DNA from: Lama glama
Lineage: Eukaryota
Length of the DNA stretch: 64,000 bases
NCBI GenBank assembly: GCA_028534125.1
Contig: CM052817.1
Span: 24,306,001-24,370,000 of the forward strand
Reading direction: 5' to 3'
The notes beneath the pieces were generated by a model that had not been told where the DNA came from, made no database searches, and was given only the letters and a program-made list of their open reading frames with translations. Numbering within the stretch: position 1 is the stretch's first letter; each line of letters starts with the position of its first letter. The position numbers were made by a program, and so were the translations under genes. Below, piece by piece: positions 50,409-63,445 of the stretch.

Positions 50409-53400
50409 AACCATGGAGTAAATACAGGGTAGATTTTAGATGAAATAAGACTAAAATTTATTGATACCTACTATGTTCTTTATAAGCTTTATACACCCAG
50501 TCTCATTTAATTATCAAAACAGAATGATAAGACAAATAATTCTGCTGTTTTAAAGATGCTAAGATTATATCAGAGAGAACTAAATCATGGGCGCAAATCC
50601 ACACATCTGGGAATTGCCCAGACTGAAAGAGAATCTAACTAAAACTGACACCCATGACTTTACCAGGCTATCTCCTTCCCCGTGCCCTTATTTCTTGGGT
50701 TATTGCATAAGAATCTTCCCTCCACAAAAGCATTTTTTTAATGTTGACAATACTAATTTGGATTGGAAATGCTCTATTACATATAGCTGGGTTGGTCCCT
50801 GATCTCAAGAAAATATCAGATGTTTCCCAGATTATCATTTCTTCGTAAAAGGTGGTCAGTATTATACATCTTCAGCCTATGCCTAACTCTCTCCCTCTGA
50901 TTTCAGGAAGTCCTGAAATCTCATTTTTGCCTTATAATTCTGGCAGGTGGATTAAAAGACATTAAGGTAAAGATATCTAATTTCCTTAACATCTAATTTT
51001 ATCCACATCCTTTTTCCACTTGTGGAAGTATGGTGCTTTGACTGTTTCAGTGTGTTAAATAAAGTAATTATTCTAATGATAAGAAGTCTTTTATTATGAA
51101 TCTAACTTGTCTGGCACTGAACCAGACACAAAGACTCACTCTTGGGAAACCTTACTATCTAGATGCCTGAGAGACATTAAATAAATTATTATGGTACAGT
51201 GGATTACATATGCATATCTATGAAGAGGTGTGTGCATAGGGATGACCTCTGTCTGGGGAAGTGGATGAACGAACAACTTCACAGAGAAAAGACACGTGTG
51301 CTAGAAGAGCACCAAGAAGAGAAACAAACAAAGCCCATTCCAAGGAGAGTAGAGTATTGAGACAGTGCGCTACAGTTGTGTAGTGCTTGCCCCTTAAGTA
51401 TCTGTGTCAGGTCTTTCCCAGCTTCTTCACCCGGTTCATTAGGGACCCAGATAGGTGATTTCACCTGCTGTCTTTTTAATGCCCAAAAAGTAGTGATCAT
51501 TTTCACTTGGTTTATTGAATCAGTATCATGAATTATTCTGATTTTAAAGAAGCTATTCCTGTTGTAAGCACTAAATCAGTGTAATTCCTTCCATAGTCTT
51601 TAATTGCACTAAAAAACTTCGAATTAGAATCTAAGAAGGATTTTTTATGAGACAATGAAAGATATTTGATAAATATTTTGGAATTTCTTCCTAGTAATAC
51701 TTTAAGAAAAACTGTAAAGTGTTGTGGAATCTAAAAACAGGAGCATGAAAGTATATGGTCTCCTGAGAGTTTATTAATACATAAAGGATGCTGTGAGCTT
51801 TATGTCAAACTGCCTTCATTTAAAAGGGCTTTAAGATGAGGACTTAAACATCTTGAGGTTTTCTTTGGTCTCTTTTAAACACTGTGTCAGCATGCTTGGT
51901 TAACTATGGCATTTACTTGTTTTCTCTGAATTACCACGTTTCTATTTGGTATAAATACACCTAGTCTTCACCTACCACTGTAATTTCCTCCTCTTTTTAA
52001 GACAATATTTTCTGAAATAAATACTGGTGTTATTTAAATTATAAAATTTTCTCAGTTTTAGTATTTCTGCAGGTTGATTTGTAACTATATCTCAAAGCAA
52101 AATGGCTATCTCCATGACTTATAAGTACCTAGACTATTATTTCATGAAACTATGGAAAATGATTTCAAGTGAGACCAGAAAATGGGAAAATATATTCTTG
52201 ATAGAAAATAACTCATCAAGATGTTTCATTCGCTCTTGTGTTTAGAGAATATTGTTATAACATATTACAAATTCAGAAATATTAAATTTCAGTCTTGAAA
52301 AAGCATACTCATCTATAAAATACATGACTGTCAAGATTCACATTATATTTTTCCTGTAAAACACATTTTAATATAACCTTAATGATATGAAGTGAAGGAG
52401 AAACTAGGCATTTAGACCCATCATCAGGAAAGCTCGGAGTCAAGGAAATATTCTTAAACAGCTTGAAATCTAATCTGTAAAGATATAGTGAGAAAGAATG
52501 CAACAATAATGATGTATATTTCTCAACTCACATACATTTGCTTCATTTAAATTTTCTCCTCATGACATCCTAACAGATGTCAGGCAAAATATAGCAAATT
52601 CATCCAAAGTCCCATCCTTTCTGTTTCTCAGCATACTAGACACTGTGAGATTTTTCCTTGCTCCACTTCCCTACCTCATTCCTTACTCACACCCTAGAAC
52701 TTGTCTTCAACCAGGGTGACTGTGCATATTCAATAACAGCCCTCCAGTCTCTCGTTCTCAAACCATAAGTCCTCATCCTCCAATCTGTTCGGCCCCCTTA
52801 TTATCACTCAAGCCCCATAGAGACCTCAAGTTCCTTAACTTCACGCTTGTTTCCCAGTAAATGAATGCCTTTCTGACTCTACTTCCTTCCTGGTACATCA
52901 TTTCAACAACTTCCTGGTCAACACCCTCAGCATGTTCACTCATTTATGAGTCCTCCTGATACAAAAGCCCTGAAGATCTTAAGTATTTTCCAACTTATAA
53001 AGCCTCGCTTTAGATTGGTATTTCCAGAAAATAACTGGGTCATAATATAGGGTTGCCTGTTTCAGGTGCTTTATAGCTTCCTTTCAAATCATACTTTATT
53101 CTGCAGTTAGTCAAACATCTGAATCAGTTAATGTTTGTTGGAGGCAACAGGGGTCACACAGTATATCTAACAACTGGTCAATTGGAACAGACACTATATG
53201 AAAAATTTCAGCTGTTAAAGCCAGCCAACATCCGCTCTTGTTGCAAAGAATAGGAAACAACTCCAGAAAGGAGCAAGGAAGAGGAAGAAAGCAAGAAAAT
53301 AAAGGGAAAATTGGGTGACTCACAGTCTATTTTTTTAAAAAGCACTGAATGACACAGTCTTTGGAAGGAGAGAGGGAGAGTTGGGTTCACATTGTTTCCA

Positions 53401-53717
53401 AATGTTTATATTTGGTTTAATGATATGATAGTGACATTATTATGGCAATAATATGCATTTACTAAGTATGCTGTACAAGATAATTATTGGTTATTTTGAA
53501 TTTAAAATCTAAGAGAAAAATTTTTAATCATATGATAACTCGATCATAATTATGCACTTTTTAGGGAGAGTTGTAATAATATGGATTTGGATTTACATTG
53601 AGTTTTAGATTGAAAAGAAAATGGTGAGATTCCAACAAGGTGGCAGGACATTTGTCCCGTTTACAAGTCAATCACATTTTTACACTTTAGTAGAAATTTT
53701 GATTTTGTTCAGACTTT

Positions 53718-54061
53718 TGTGACAGAGCCTGATATTCCTCTTCCAATATATATTATCTCTTTTTTTCCCCCAAACTTTGACTTCTAGTTAGACTCATAAC
53801 CAATCAAAAAAAAGAAAAGGACATTTTCCAGCATCCTTTAAGTGTGGTCATATGACGAAGTTCTAGGTGATGCTTACAAGTAAACATCTTGTGTTTAACT
53901 TTTGAGAAAAGGGTTTGCCCTCCTTATTTTCTGTCCTCCTTCTTGCTAGCTGGAAAACTTCTTTCACATACCTAACAGAGAAATTAACTTTTATTTTTTT
54001 TAAGCCATTGTTGTTTTGAGTATTTACTGTCATTCAAGCTAACTTAGTTCCAACTAAAACA
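53718..54061 (+). mobile_element. MLT1J-like solo LTR (internally deleted)
   Basis: 'ggacattttccagcatcc...gtgtggtcatatgacgaagttctagg...tttaagccattgttgttttgag...aactaaaaca'. Confidence 0.65.
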
Positions 54062-55642
54062 AAATTAAAGAACTAGATGAAAAAATAATAAATCTACCTT
54101 CATGTTAGGTAAGAGAAATTACCTAGAAGCAAATAATTTTAAAATATTGTTTAAAGGGTATTTTGAGGGATCCTACAGTTCTCCTCTTTTTGGTTAACTA
54201 TCCAAACTGCTGAAATTTAGTAGTCTGCTTAGATGACTCAGTTAATAATTGTAGTAACATGATTGAGGCCTCATTTTGCATAGCTACTGCAGTGCACATT
54301 TGCTGCATTATTTAAGAACTTCAGTTCTGACATAGAGGATAAGAAAAACAAATGGGCTAAATGAAACATTAAATATGCTGAGTACAATTAATAAATAAGG
54401 TGGTACTTATAAAGACAGGAAAAACTCCTACAGTGTGTTGGGTATATATAGACAGATAAGTTAACCTAAGAAATGTGTAAGACACAGATAATGGTAAATG
54501 AAATGTGAGTGTTAAACTTACATAGAAAGGGCAGAAAAAAACAAGAGGTGCTTAATATTCATGTTTGATGAGGAAAAATCTGAAAAGGGCTCTATGGGTG
54601 GTGTTTAACCATCCAGTTGCTCCCCAGTTGCTAGAATTAAACTTGATAGCTTGGTTGAACCGACTGTTTTACTTTTCAGAGAGAAAACAGTAAAAGCTTC
54701 GAATACAGATGAGAGTAGGCCTCCTGAGATCATTGTCATGCATTGTCCAGTCAGATGTCCAGGACTGCCTTTGGAATTTGCTCACTGTTCCTTTCAGAAA
54801 GTCTCCTACGTTCCCTCATATCATGGCTAAGTTTCGTATTTGTTTATACTTTGTCACTGCCCAATAATATACTGGCAGTATGTACCAGTTTTGTTTGGTC
54901 CCTCAAAGATCTTACTGCAAATTCTATCACAAAAATAGTCAAATTTCTACTGATACATCTGTGCTCTCACTTAGCACAAGTGCTAAGTGCTAAGATGTGC
55001 TCTCACCTTGCTACAAGCTGCAAACCTCCAGAAGAGAGGTGTCTCATAAACTTACTGATCTTTGAGCTGAAGGAAGCACTGTAGGATTAATAGGCTGTTT
55101 GTAATGAATGTGGCTGCCACCATCAACCGAACAATGAAATATTGTAGCTCTGGATCCACTGCTTCAGAACAAATAACAAAATGGATTAACTCTTCAGAAG
55201 AAAATAACAGTCACAGCCTGATATTTCATCATCTCATCACGCCATCAATTGACATGGCTAAGGATCTAAAAACAAATTTATCAGTAGCTAAGTCAAAGAG
55301 AGTAATATCCTATACATTAACAAATTAAAAATAAAAGTCAACCTTTTAATGATCCATGGATAGAAGCAAAAAATAAAAGATTTCTAAATAGGCCCAACAC
55401 ACAGAGGTGAAAATTTATTAATTTTTTGAGACATTTATGTTATTTCATTTAGAGGAAAATCTACAATTTGGTTATCTTCCCTATAAGTTTTTTTTTTAAT
55501 TCAGAAAAGTCAATCACGTGTATAGGAAAGGGCCACCACTTCCATACCTCAAGTTTTTTTGTCAGTAGCTCTGGTTTCCCAGCCTCTGGTTTTCCTTTTC
55601 CCAAAACCACTCTCCATCCTGTCATCGCAGAGCATTTTTCCG

Positions 55643-55730
55643 CCAGCTTTATTGACATATAATAGAAAAACAAAAATTGTGTATGTTTAAAATATACAGC
55701 TTGGTATGTTGAAATATCCATCACCACCAG
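55643..55730 (-). mobile_element. Short L1 3' end inside an L2 fragment
   Basis: 'cagctttattgacatataatag...aaaattgtgtatgtttaaaatatacag'. Confidence 0.6.
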
Positions 55731-56032
55731 ATAACTTTTTATCTTGGCAACGTGATTGTGTCAGTCCTTTGCTTAAAACTCTTTAGTGACTCACTAACAA
55801 GATAAAATCTGAAGTCCTTTGCAAGCTAGCTCCTTCACAATGCGAACTGTTTAGCTTAGGGGCCAATTGTCCCTCTCCCTTGCCCTGTTCTCTGCTCCAC
55901 TCCCAGGTATCTTGGGTATATCTGTGTGTGTATGTATAACAAATATTTATATCTTATTATAGTGATATAATGGGAAACTTTACTTTGGCTCTTAAGTAAA
56001 GAACCAAAGAGTAAATTTGTGGAGACATACAA

Positions 56033-56345
56033 TTCTCTCTCTCTCTCTCTCTCTCATTCATTCATTTGCTAAACATTGTTTTAGCAGTAAACAAAAACAA
56101 AAACAAAACAAAACAAAACAAGCAAGGTTTTTGCTCCCATAGAATTTATGTTTTAGAAAAAGACAAACAGTACACACAAATAAATATAAAAAGTTGGTGC
56201 TAAATGCAAAGCAGATAAATAAAGCACAGTAAAGTAATAGAGAGTGACCACAGCAGAGGGGAGGAGGGAGGGGAGGGTACTGCTATCTGAGGCATATTTC
56301 TCAGGAGTCTCCTCAGATTGTGGCATTTGAGCAAAATCTGAAAGT
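56033..56345 (-). mobile_element. L2 3' end with (CT)n, (TCAT)n and (AAAAC)n simple repeats
   Basis: 'tcattcattcattt' tail and 'gtggcatttgagcaaaatctgaa'; simple repeats seen directly. Confidence 0.65.
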
Positions 56346-56503
56346 TGCCTCTGACTTCTGGAGGATAGGCCTAGTGCATATTTTTGTTTCAGTATAGCAT
56401 TTTCATTTATATATTTATGTATAATGCAACATTTTCAACACTCTGATGCAGTTTACCATGTAATTCCCAAAATACCACCCAAAAAATTGAAGCCCATTAA
56501 TAC

Positions 56504-56843
56504 TGTAAACTGAATAAACAGAAATTTCAATTAAACAGAGTTGTGAGGCCAGAAGCGGGAATTCCCACACCCTGCAATGATAGCAGAGCCCAATAGGAAG
56601 GAGAAAGATTCCTCTTCTTTCCCGACAAGGGCTTAGCCAAGGAAGAGTCATGAGCTCTTAGTTTACCATAGCTGTCTCAACTTCCTTTTCCTCTCTATAA
56701 AGGCTTTTTTCCTTCCCTTGCTGCATGGGATCTTGCACATGGCTCACCATGGTTGCAGACCCCAAATCTCAATTCTCTGATGATCAAAACAAACCCATCT
56801 TTGCTAGTGAAATATCTGGCAGTCTGTCTGTTTCAGGTCAACA
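56504..56843 (+). mobile_element. ERV1-like solo LTR (MER34/MER39-like terminus)
   Basis: 340 bp, TG...CA, flanks atac/atat. TATA 'ctataaa' at about 56695; ends 'gaaatatctggcagtctgtctgtttcaggtcaaca'. Confidence 0.7.
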
Positions 56844-57061
56844 ATATAGGCCTTAAAGTTACTATAGTCACAGAGAAATGTATAAATGAGTTGGTTTCTT
56901 ACTACATTAAACAACAGAATAAATAATATTCAAAAATCATCTTAAGCCTCTGTAAAGGCTAGGGGAATAATATTTAGTTGCAACTGTGTAAAGGCCGTGC
57001 ATTGTCTTGGTTTATGAAATTACTGGTTTTCTCATTGTATAAACATGCACTTTTAATGGCA

Positions 57062-58140
57062 TATTTTAAACCTTTTATTTGAAAATAATTTTGAACATGC
57101 AAGAATAGTACAAAAAATGCTTGTATCTGTTTTACACAGATTTACCATTGTTAATATCTTGCCCCATTTGCTTTACATTTATTATTTGCTATCTACCTAC
57201 ATTTCTTCTGAACCACATGAGTACAAATTACATACCATGTTTTTACCTCTCAATGTTTTAGTGTGTATTTTCTAAAAATTAGGGTATTCTCTTCCATAAT
57301 CATTATGGTTTTTAACTTTTAGTGATCTATCAACTGTATTGTAACTTTATCAACAGATGGAACAAAGGCCTGTATAGCATTTTTTCTTCAGTGTAAGATC
57401 CAGTCTAGGATCACGTAGTGCATTTAATTTTCAGACTTCTTGAGTCTCCTTTAATCTGGAATAATTTCTCGGCCTTTATCTTTTAGGACATTGACATTTT
57501 TGAAGAATACATATATCCTTCCCCCTTTTCCTTGTTAGTAGAAAGATCATGATTTGGAATTTCTCTAATGTTTCCTCATAATTAGATTACCATTCTTAAT
57601 ATAAATATTACGCAAATAACTTTATGTGCTTCTCAGGGTATCACATATAGTAGCACATGATGTCCATCTGCCCTTTGTCGTTGATTTTAATTTTGATCAC
57701 CTGGCCAACGTATGGTCCAGTTACCCTATTGTGTAGTTACTATTTTTTTCCCTTGCAATTAGCAAACAATGTAGGGAGACACTTTAAGACCATGTATATA
57801 TCCTGCTCTGCATCAAAAATGTCACCCTTGATTTATCATTCATTTGTGATTCTTGCGTGAATCATGTGCATGAATTTTGCAAACATGATAGTTGCAAAAT
57901 ATTGATTTTTAAACTCCAGCACTCTCTACACATCAACCAATCATCACTCAGCCTTAAGAGCCCTCCTTTCTCCCCAGTTGTTTACTTATTTATTTATAAT
58001 CAGTGTATACTCATGGATTTCTATTTCATACAATGTTTCTGAAATAATTACTATACTTAACTATTTTGATGGTTAAAAAAGCCCACAATTTGACTTTTGT
58101 GAGCCCTTGAAGTGGGCTTCTAGGTCTTGTGACTTGCCTA
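57062..58140 (-). mobile_element. Old LINE-1 3' end (L1MC4/5-like)
   Basis: 'gcaagaatagtacaaa...gatttaccattgttaatatcttgccccatttgc...gatccagtctaggatcacgt...gtctcctttaatctggaa'. Confidence 0.8.
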
Positions 58141-58324
58141 TGATAATATACTCCTTAATATAATGTATGGTGGGACTGTGGGCACCAGTGGTTTTAACAT
58201 CTGTTCTTTCTATGTCCTGCTTATAATACCCAGGTGCTTACAACTGCAGATTCCTTGTTAATACCCAAACCTACTGAATTAACAAACTCAGATGATTTTT
58301 ATGAACGATAAAGATCAAAATCAG

Positions 58325-58823
58325 TGAAATAGGTATCAAAGGAAAAGTAGGCAAGAAAGACTTTATTCAAGACTATTGCAAAAGGAGTCAAGACTAATGC
58401 TACTGAAAACAGAGACTGAACTCAATTCCACTGAATTAAAAGGTAGGCGAATTTTTAAGTGCTGGGGTGAGCTCATGGAAAAGAACTGGAGGACATTAGG
58501 GAGGAGGTTGGTTAATGTGATCAGGCCATCTGTGTTTGCTAAGTGGCATGTATCCAACAAATTAGGCTCCTATCCTCCCAAAGAAACTGAAGAGAGGGCC
58601 CTATCTTTCTTGATGATTACATTTCAAACGGATGGCTCCCAATTCCTCCAGAAAGACATTCCAGGATTTTAGAAGATTTACATCTCAAAGAGGCAGAAAA
58701 ATAATTTCAACTGCAAATCTGAAGTAAATGCTCTAAGAAAAGGGAGATCAGGGACCTTGCAGTCAGGAAGAAATCTGTGCAAAGCTTAGTCAAGCTGAGG
58801 GACTGTTAAAGCCATCTTGGTCA
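58325..58823 (-). mobile_element. MER67-like ERV1 solo LTR
   Basis: 'gactttattcaagactattgca...atgattacatttcaaacggatggctccc...gtaaatgctctaagaaaaggg...gccatcttggtca'. Confidence 0.75.
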
Positions 58824-59024
58824 ATAATAAGTCTTTAGCAAGGCAGGATCCAGGTCTATTTTGTTCAGTCTTTATTCACCTTGCCTGTAGCTAACTCAGT
58901 TCCTGCCATGTAGTGGGCTCTTATTAAGTATATGTAGAATGAATAAATAAATTAATCCTGCATTTATGATCAGAGTCATCAAGGAAATTTACTTAAGCTT
59001 TGTAGGTATTCCTCTGTTTCTTTA

Positions 59025-59200
59025 GGCAGTATCTTCCAAATTTGTTTGAAAATTTAAAAATCACCTGGAGCACTTTATAAAATATCGAATTCCAGAGCTA
59101 TACTTCAGATATGATTGGATTGCAATGTCAGGCAGTAGGGGCTAACTATCTGCATCTTAATACAATTTAAAATGCTACCAAGAGAGATGATTTAAGATCC
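59025..59200. mobile_element. MER5-like fragment
   Basis: 'aatcacctggagcactttataaaatatcgaattcc...atctgcatcttaa'. Confidence 0.5.
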
Positions 59201-59865
59201 ATTTCCTTAACATCTCAGCACTGTATTTTTCAAAAAACCCAACCTGTTTTTATTTTGATAAGATGTCAAGTGACTGTTTTAGTCTCAAATTTAAAGAAAA
59301 GATTCAGTTGCCATTTCCAAACACAAGGGTGCCTGTGATGCTGTTGAGCACTGGTCTTAATCATACCCTCTTCTGTTGTAACCCTCAGGTTTATGGAAAG
59401 CATAAGAGCAGGACCCACTGAGATTTTAAATGACGCCTCAGCTACTGCTGTGTTCTGAAATCTAGAGGTGTTGCACTATTAGCATTTGCTTCAATTACTA
59501 TTATAGTAAAAGTTTGATCCAATTAGAACTTCTTAAGTAAGCCTGTGATTTAAAAAATAGCTACAAAAAAAATGTTTTCTTCTGAATGTGTCCTGGATTC
59601 TATCAAGAGGATGGGGCAATATAAAATCCTAGGGAGGCTGATGGCATGTGTTCCCTTCTTGAAAAGTAGCTGAAGAAATTCATCGTCTCTGTAATTATCT
59701 TAACTGGGATTAAAAAGGGGAAATACCCATTAATTAGTATCAGTTATGTAACTTTCAGATAATTGGTGAGAAAACTTTCAAATCTTGCATTACTATGAAA
59801 ATTAAAGTTTTCTTCAAAGGCTATGGGGATTATAGTAAAAATAACTTCCAGTGCTGGCTAAGAGC

Positions 59866-60371
59866 TGTCAACTGAAATAAAATGCGTAACTTAAAAGCTG
59901 AGAGTTATGTTTTATTTGGTGGACTTTCTGAGAACTAGAGCCCGGGAGGCAGCCTTTCAGAGAGTTCTAAGAGACTGTTCCAACCAGGCAAGTGAGAAGT
60001 CAGGATATATAGGAGGTTTTGCAATAAAGGCCAGAGAATCAGAACATCAAAAGATTACTGTTAATTAAAGAAAACCAGACATCAAATTAAGGAATTTAGC
60101 ATTTTTCTATGTATGGGAAGGTGCAAAGATCTGGGCTCATTGAAATCATTCCTTTGATATGCACCTAGCTATATAAAACCAGTATCCTGTTCTTCCATAT
60201 CCTGAGTTCCCTTGAGTTGCACCACTGAGGATGGCAGCAGGGGCCGTGCTGCCTGATTGTCTGCATCCTGAGTTCCCTCCACTCACTCTCCTGGGTGGCG
60301 GTGGTGGCTACTAACTCAATGGCCACAGCATCCTTTGTTTACCAAGTGGCTGGCAGTATTTTTCATTTACA
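59866..60371 (-). mobile_element. Artiodactyl MER41-like ERV1 solo LTR
   Basis: 506 bp, TG...CA, flanks gagc/gggc. 'catcaaaagattactgttaattaaagaaaaccagac...tctatgtatgggaag...gaaatcattcctttgatatgcacc' matches the recalled MER41-like consensus. Minus-strand AATAAA at 59911-59916 and TATA at about 60005-60011. Confidence 0.75.
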
Positions 60372-60560
60372 GGGCTTACTGTTCCAGGCACTCTTCCATG
60401 TGGTTCTGTGCATCATCTCATTTAATCCTCACAATGGCCATATGAGATAGCTAATTATTATCCTTATTTTACAGATGAAGACACTGAGGCTCAGAGAGGT
60501 TAATTAATCTGCTCTAGACCACAATATTATTATGTGTAGAAGCAGGGCTTCAAATTTGCG
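60372..60560 (-). mobile_element. MIR SINE
   Basis: 'atctcatttaatcctcacaa...tattatccttattttacagatgaagacactgaggctcagagaggttaa'. Confidence 0.9.
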
Positions 60561-60612
60561 TGTGCAGGGGCTGGGGAGATGTCCTTAGAGTTAGCACTAA
60601 TGTAACCCTTTA

Positions 60613-60851
60613 AAATGGTGATTCTCAATTGGGGATCAATTTTGCACCCACTCTCCAGAGGATATTAACAATGTCTAGAGACATTTTTGTTTGTCACACC
60701 GAGTAGCAGGGGTGTGTGTGCTACTGGCATCTAGTGGGTAGAGACCAATGATGCTGCTCAACATCTTACAGTAATGCACAGAACAATTCCTACAACAAAG
60801 AATCATCCAGACCAAAATGTCAGTAGTGAGTGCCAAGGTTAAGAAAACCTT
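60613..60851 (+). mobile_element. MER20 (hAT-Charlie), near full length
   Basis: 'caatgtctagagacatttttgtttgtcaca...tgctactggcatctagtgggtagagacca...ccaaaatgtcagtagtg...ccaaggttaagaaaacc'. Confidence 0.92.
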
Positions 60852-62099
60852 TAATATAAAACCTGAAATGAATTTTCTTAGCAAACTAGATTAGAGTGTT
60901 TGACATCACCAAGAATTCCTCAGGCCAAATGCGTTTGATAGGCTCTCTCCCCATCAAACTAAAATGTAAGGAGCTGTAAAATCTCCCCAATTACTGGCAG
61001 CAGGGTAGGGTAGAGCTGTACACACCGATACCAGTTTTTGGGAGGAGTGCATTGTTTTTGAGAGACTTTCCATGTATGCTAAAGAAACAAACTTTTAGCT
61101 CAATAGAAAATAAAACCTCCTAAGGTTAATATTTTATAGGGGAAAAAAATGTGTTGTTTCCTGGGAATGTCTCATGCCATTAAAGAGGAAAACCCATACT
61201 GTCAATTTCAAGCCTGGAGAGAACACTGAAAAAAAAATCTCTATGGTATATTAAAAACCTTTATTTTAATCTAGTGTTTCATCAAAACTGCTTGCCAGAT
61301 CTGTTGATTATAAAGCTGCCTGTTTCCGCAGTCTCTGAGTCAGCTCTACCAGATGTTTTATTTCATGAATAATTGTTTCTTCAAAGATATTTTCATTTCA
61401 GAGCAAATGCATTGAAATGTTAATTTCTGTGAAATTGAGGTGATTGGGGAAATATACCATCAATGTTATATTCATTAAGAGCTAAGATTCTATTTAATTG
61501 CAATTAACAGGACTTCCCTGATTTCAAATTAAATTTGGATGAAAGTAAGCAATTCAAATATGGCAAAATCATAAGATGTTATTTAAAAATCAACATAATT
61601 TTATATTTCCTTGCTTGCTCTTTCGAACACAGGAATTAAAATATATTCCAACTGGAAAAGGAATAAAAGTGAATGAGTCTACCAGGAATTAAATTTAATC
61701 TTTCTTTTTGAAGACACATTTGACAAATTTTGAGAGAATATCAAAAGAATATTTTATATTTTTTAAATTAATGAATTAGACAAATACCTCTTTCTCCAGT
61801 CATATTTCAAAGTCAATACACCTAAGCTACAGGTATTTAGTATATACTTTCAATGTTTAAGTGATTCCTTTTCTAAACCAGCATCTTTGAGGTCTTTGGA
61901 ACAGATGACAATAAAATGAAATTCTGATACTTTTATTTTTAAATATATCTCTTTATTATAGTTGTTCTCAGTTGCTAACAATAATTTCCCTGTCAAATGC
62001 AAAACGCTGCATGTAAAATATTTTTCAAACTTAAGAAGGTTATGGATAAGAAATCAATTTGCATTTTCATTTGTAAAGAGGAAGTAATTACTAAGTAAA

Positions 62100-62260
62100 G
62101 CAATATTAGAGCTAGAAGAGCCTTAAAAATTTACCTAGTGCATCCCATTTCATTTTAGAGGCAAGAACACTGATGTCAGAAAGAGTGATTTTTTTCAAAG
62201 TAACACAGGATGAAGAGTGTACCTCCACACATGGTACTAGAAAATCCTTGGACCCTGGGG
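62100..62260 (-). mobile_element. MIR fragment
   Basis: 'gagctagaagagccttaaaaatttacctagt...cattttagaggcaagaacactga'. Confidence 0.55.
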
Positions 62261-62849
62261 TGCTGGAGCTTCTCCTAACCCTGGAATACTGCTGCCCCGA
62301 TTTAATCTCTCTTAACAGTTCTCAGTCTTATGAAGGAAAAGTCAATGAAGGGTGAAAAGGAAGAAATAAAAGAAGTAAGGCATTTCGGCAAAGACTACTG
62401 GCAAGATTTAACTGCTGAAGGATACCCAGAGAAGGAAAAAAGTGAACTATTTTGAAATCATATTTAAATAATTATAATGACCCAGAACTTTTCTTTTTGA
62501 CTTGGGACATGGAAAAGGGAAGGAGAATACATTCTTCATTCTCATTTGTCCTTCCCTTTATTATTCACTTGTGACATCCATTATTCAGGTACCCAGACCA
62601 GCCCAATGTAGTGTAACTTGTTTAATTCATGATATACATGAACTAAAAGTCCTGAGATTCACTGACATCTGAACTTTCTAGGCCTTCAAGTTCTGAAAGG
62701 TTAATGAGTAAAGGAGAGTCCCCTTGTAAGGCACCATCACCCAACACTGCAGATTAAAGAGATTAGACATCAAGCAGAAGCACCTTCATGTCCACGGTGA
62801 AGGGAATCCAGGAGAGCAGGTAGTAGCAGCCATTCATGGTCACAAGTTT

Positions 62850-63256
62850 TTAGCTACTCTGATAATCTCCAAAACTTACAAAGTCTCAATGGGATAAAAG
62901 TTTATTCTCACATATTTAAATTTCAAATAGATATTCCTAACTTACCAGTCACTCTGCTTCAGTGAATCAGGGACTTAGACTCTGCCTCATCTATCTCTGC
63001 TATCTTCAAGTCCTGATTTCCAAGGTCACCATGCTTGTCTACTTCAATCCTGAAAGAGAAAAAGCAAAGCAGATTGATCACCCATGGAGATTTTTTACAT
63101 CAGACCTGGAAATAGAATATGTCACTTCCACTCACATTCCATTGCTGAGAATTCAGTCATGTGGTCACATCTAACTGCATAGGAAACTGGGAAATGCAGT
63201 TCAGCTATGTGCCTCAGAAGAAGAGAAAGAAGGTTTGGTCAACCATTAGCCACAGG
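62850..63256 (-). mobile_element. MLT1 solo LTR
   Basis: 'tcacttccactcacattccattgctgagaattcagtcatgtggtcacatctaactgcataggaaactgggaaatgcagt' is the canonical MLT1 reverse-complement motif. Confidence 0.8.
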
Positions 63257-63379
63257 TCTCTTGGAAAAATTCTAATAAAAATCATACTTCAAAAATTTAC
63301 CTGTTATCCCCACCCTCCAAAAAAAAGAAATTAAAAAATTTTAATTGTCTCTCTGAGCAGCACTATACTTTTTAAAAAA

Positions 63380-63445
63380 TTATATAAAATATAAATGTAT
63401 TTTATATATGTGTATGTACATATACATACATACATATATATGTAT
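63380..63445. repeat. (TA)/(TG)/(CATA) low-complexity repeat
   Basis: tatatatgtgtatgtacatatacatacatacatatatatgtat. Confidence 0.75.

Noticed and set aside
53106..53252. 48-codon open frame after 'tactttattctgcAG' as a possible terminal exon
   Set aside because: Unrecognised peptide; length within chance expectation.
54743..55328. ORFs of 113 and 74 aa in non-repeat sequence
   Set aside because: No recognisable domain or gene context; the first starts at a non-ATG codon.
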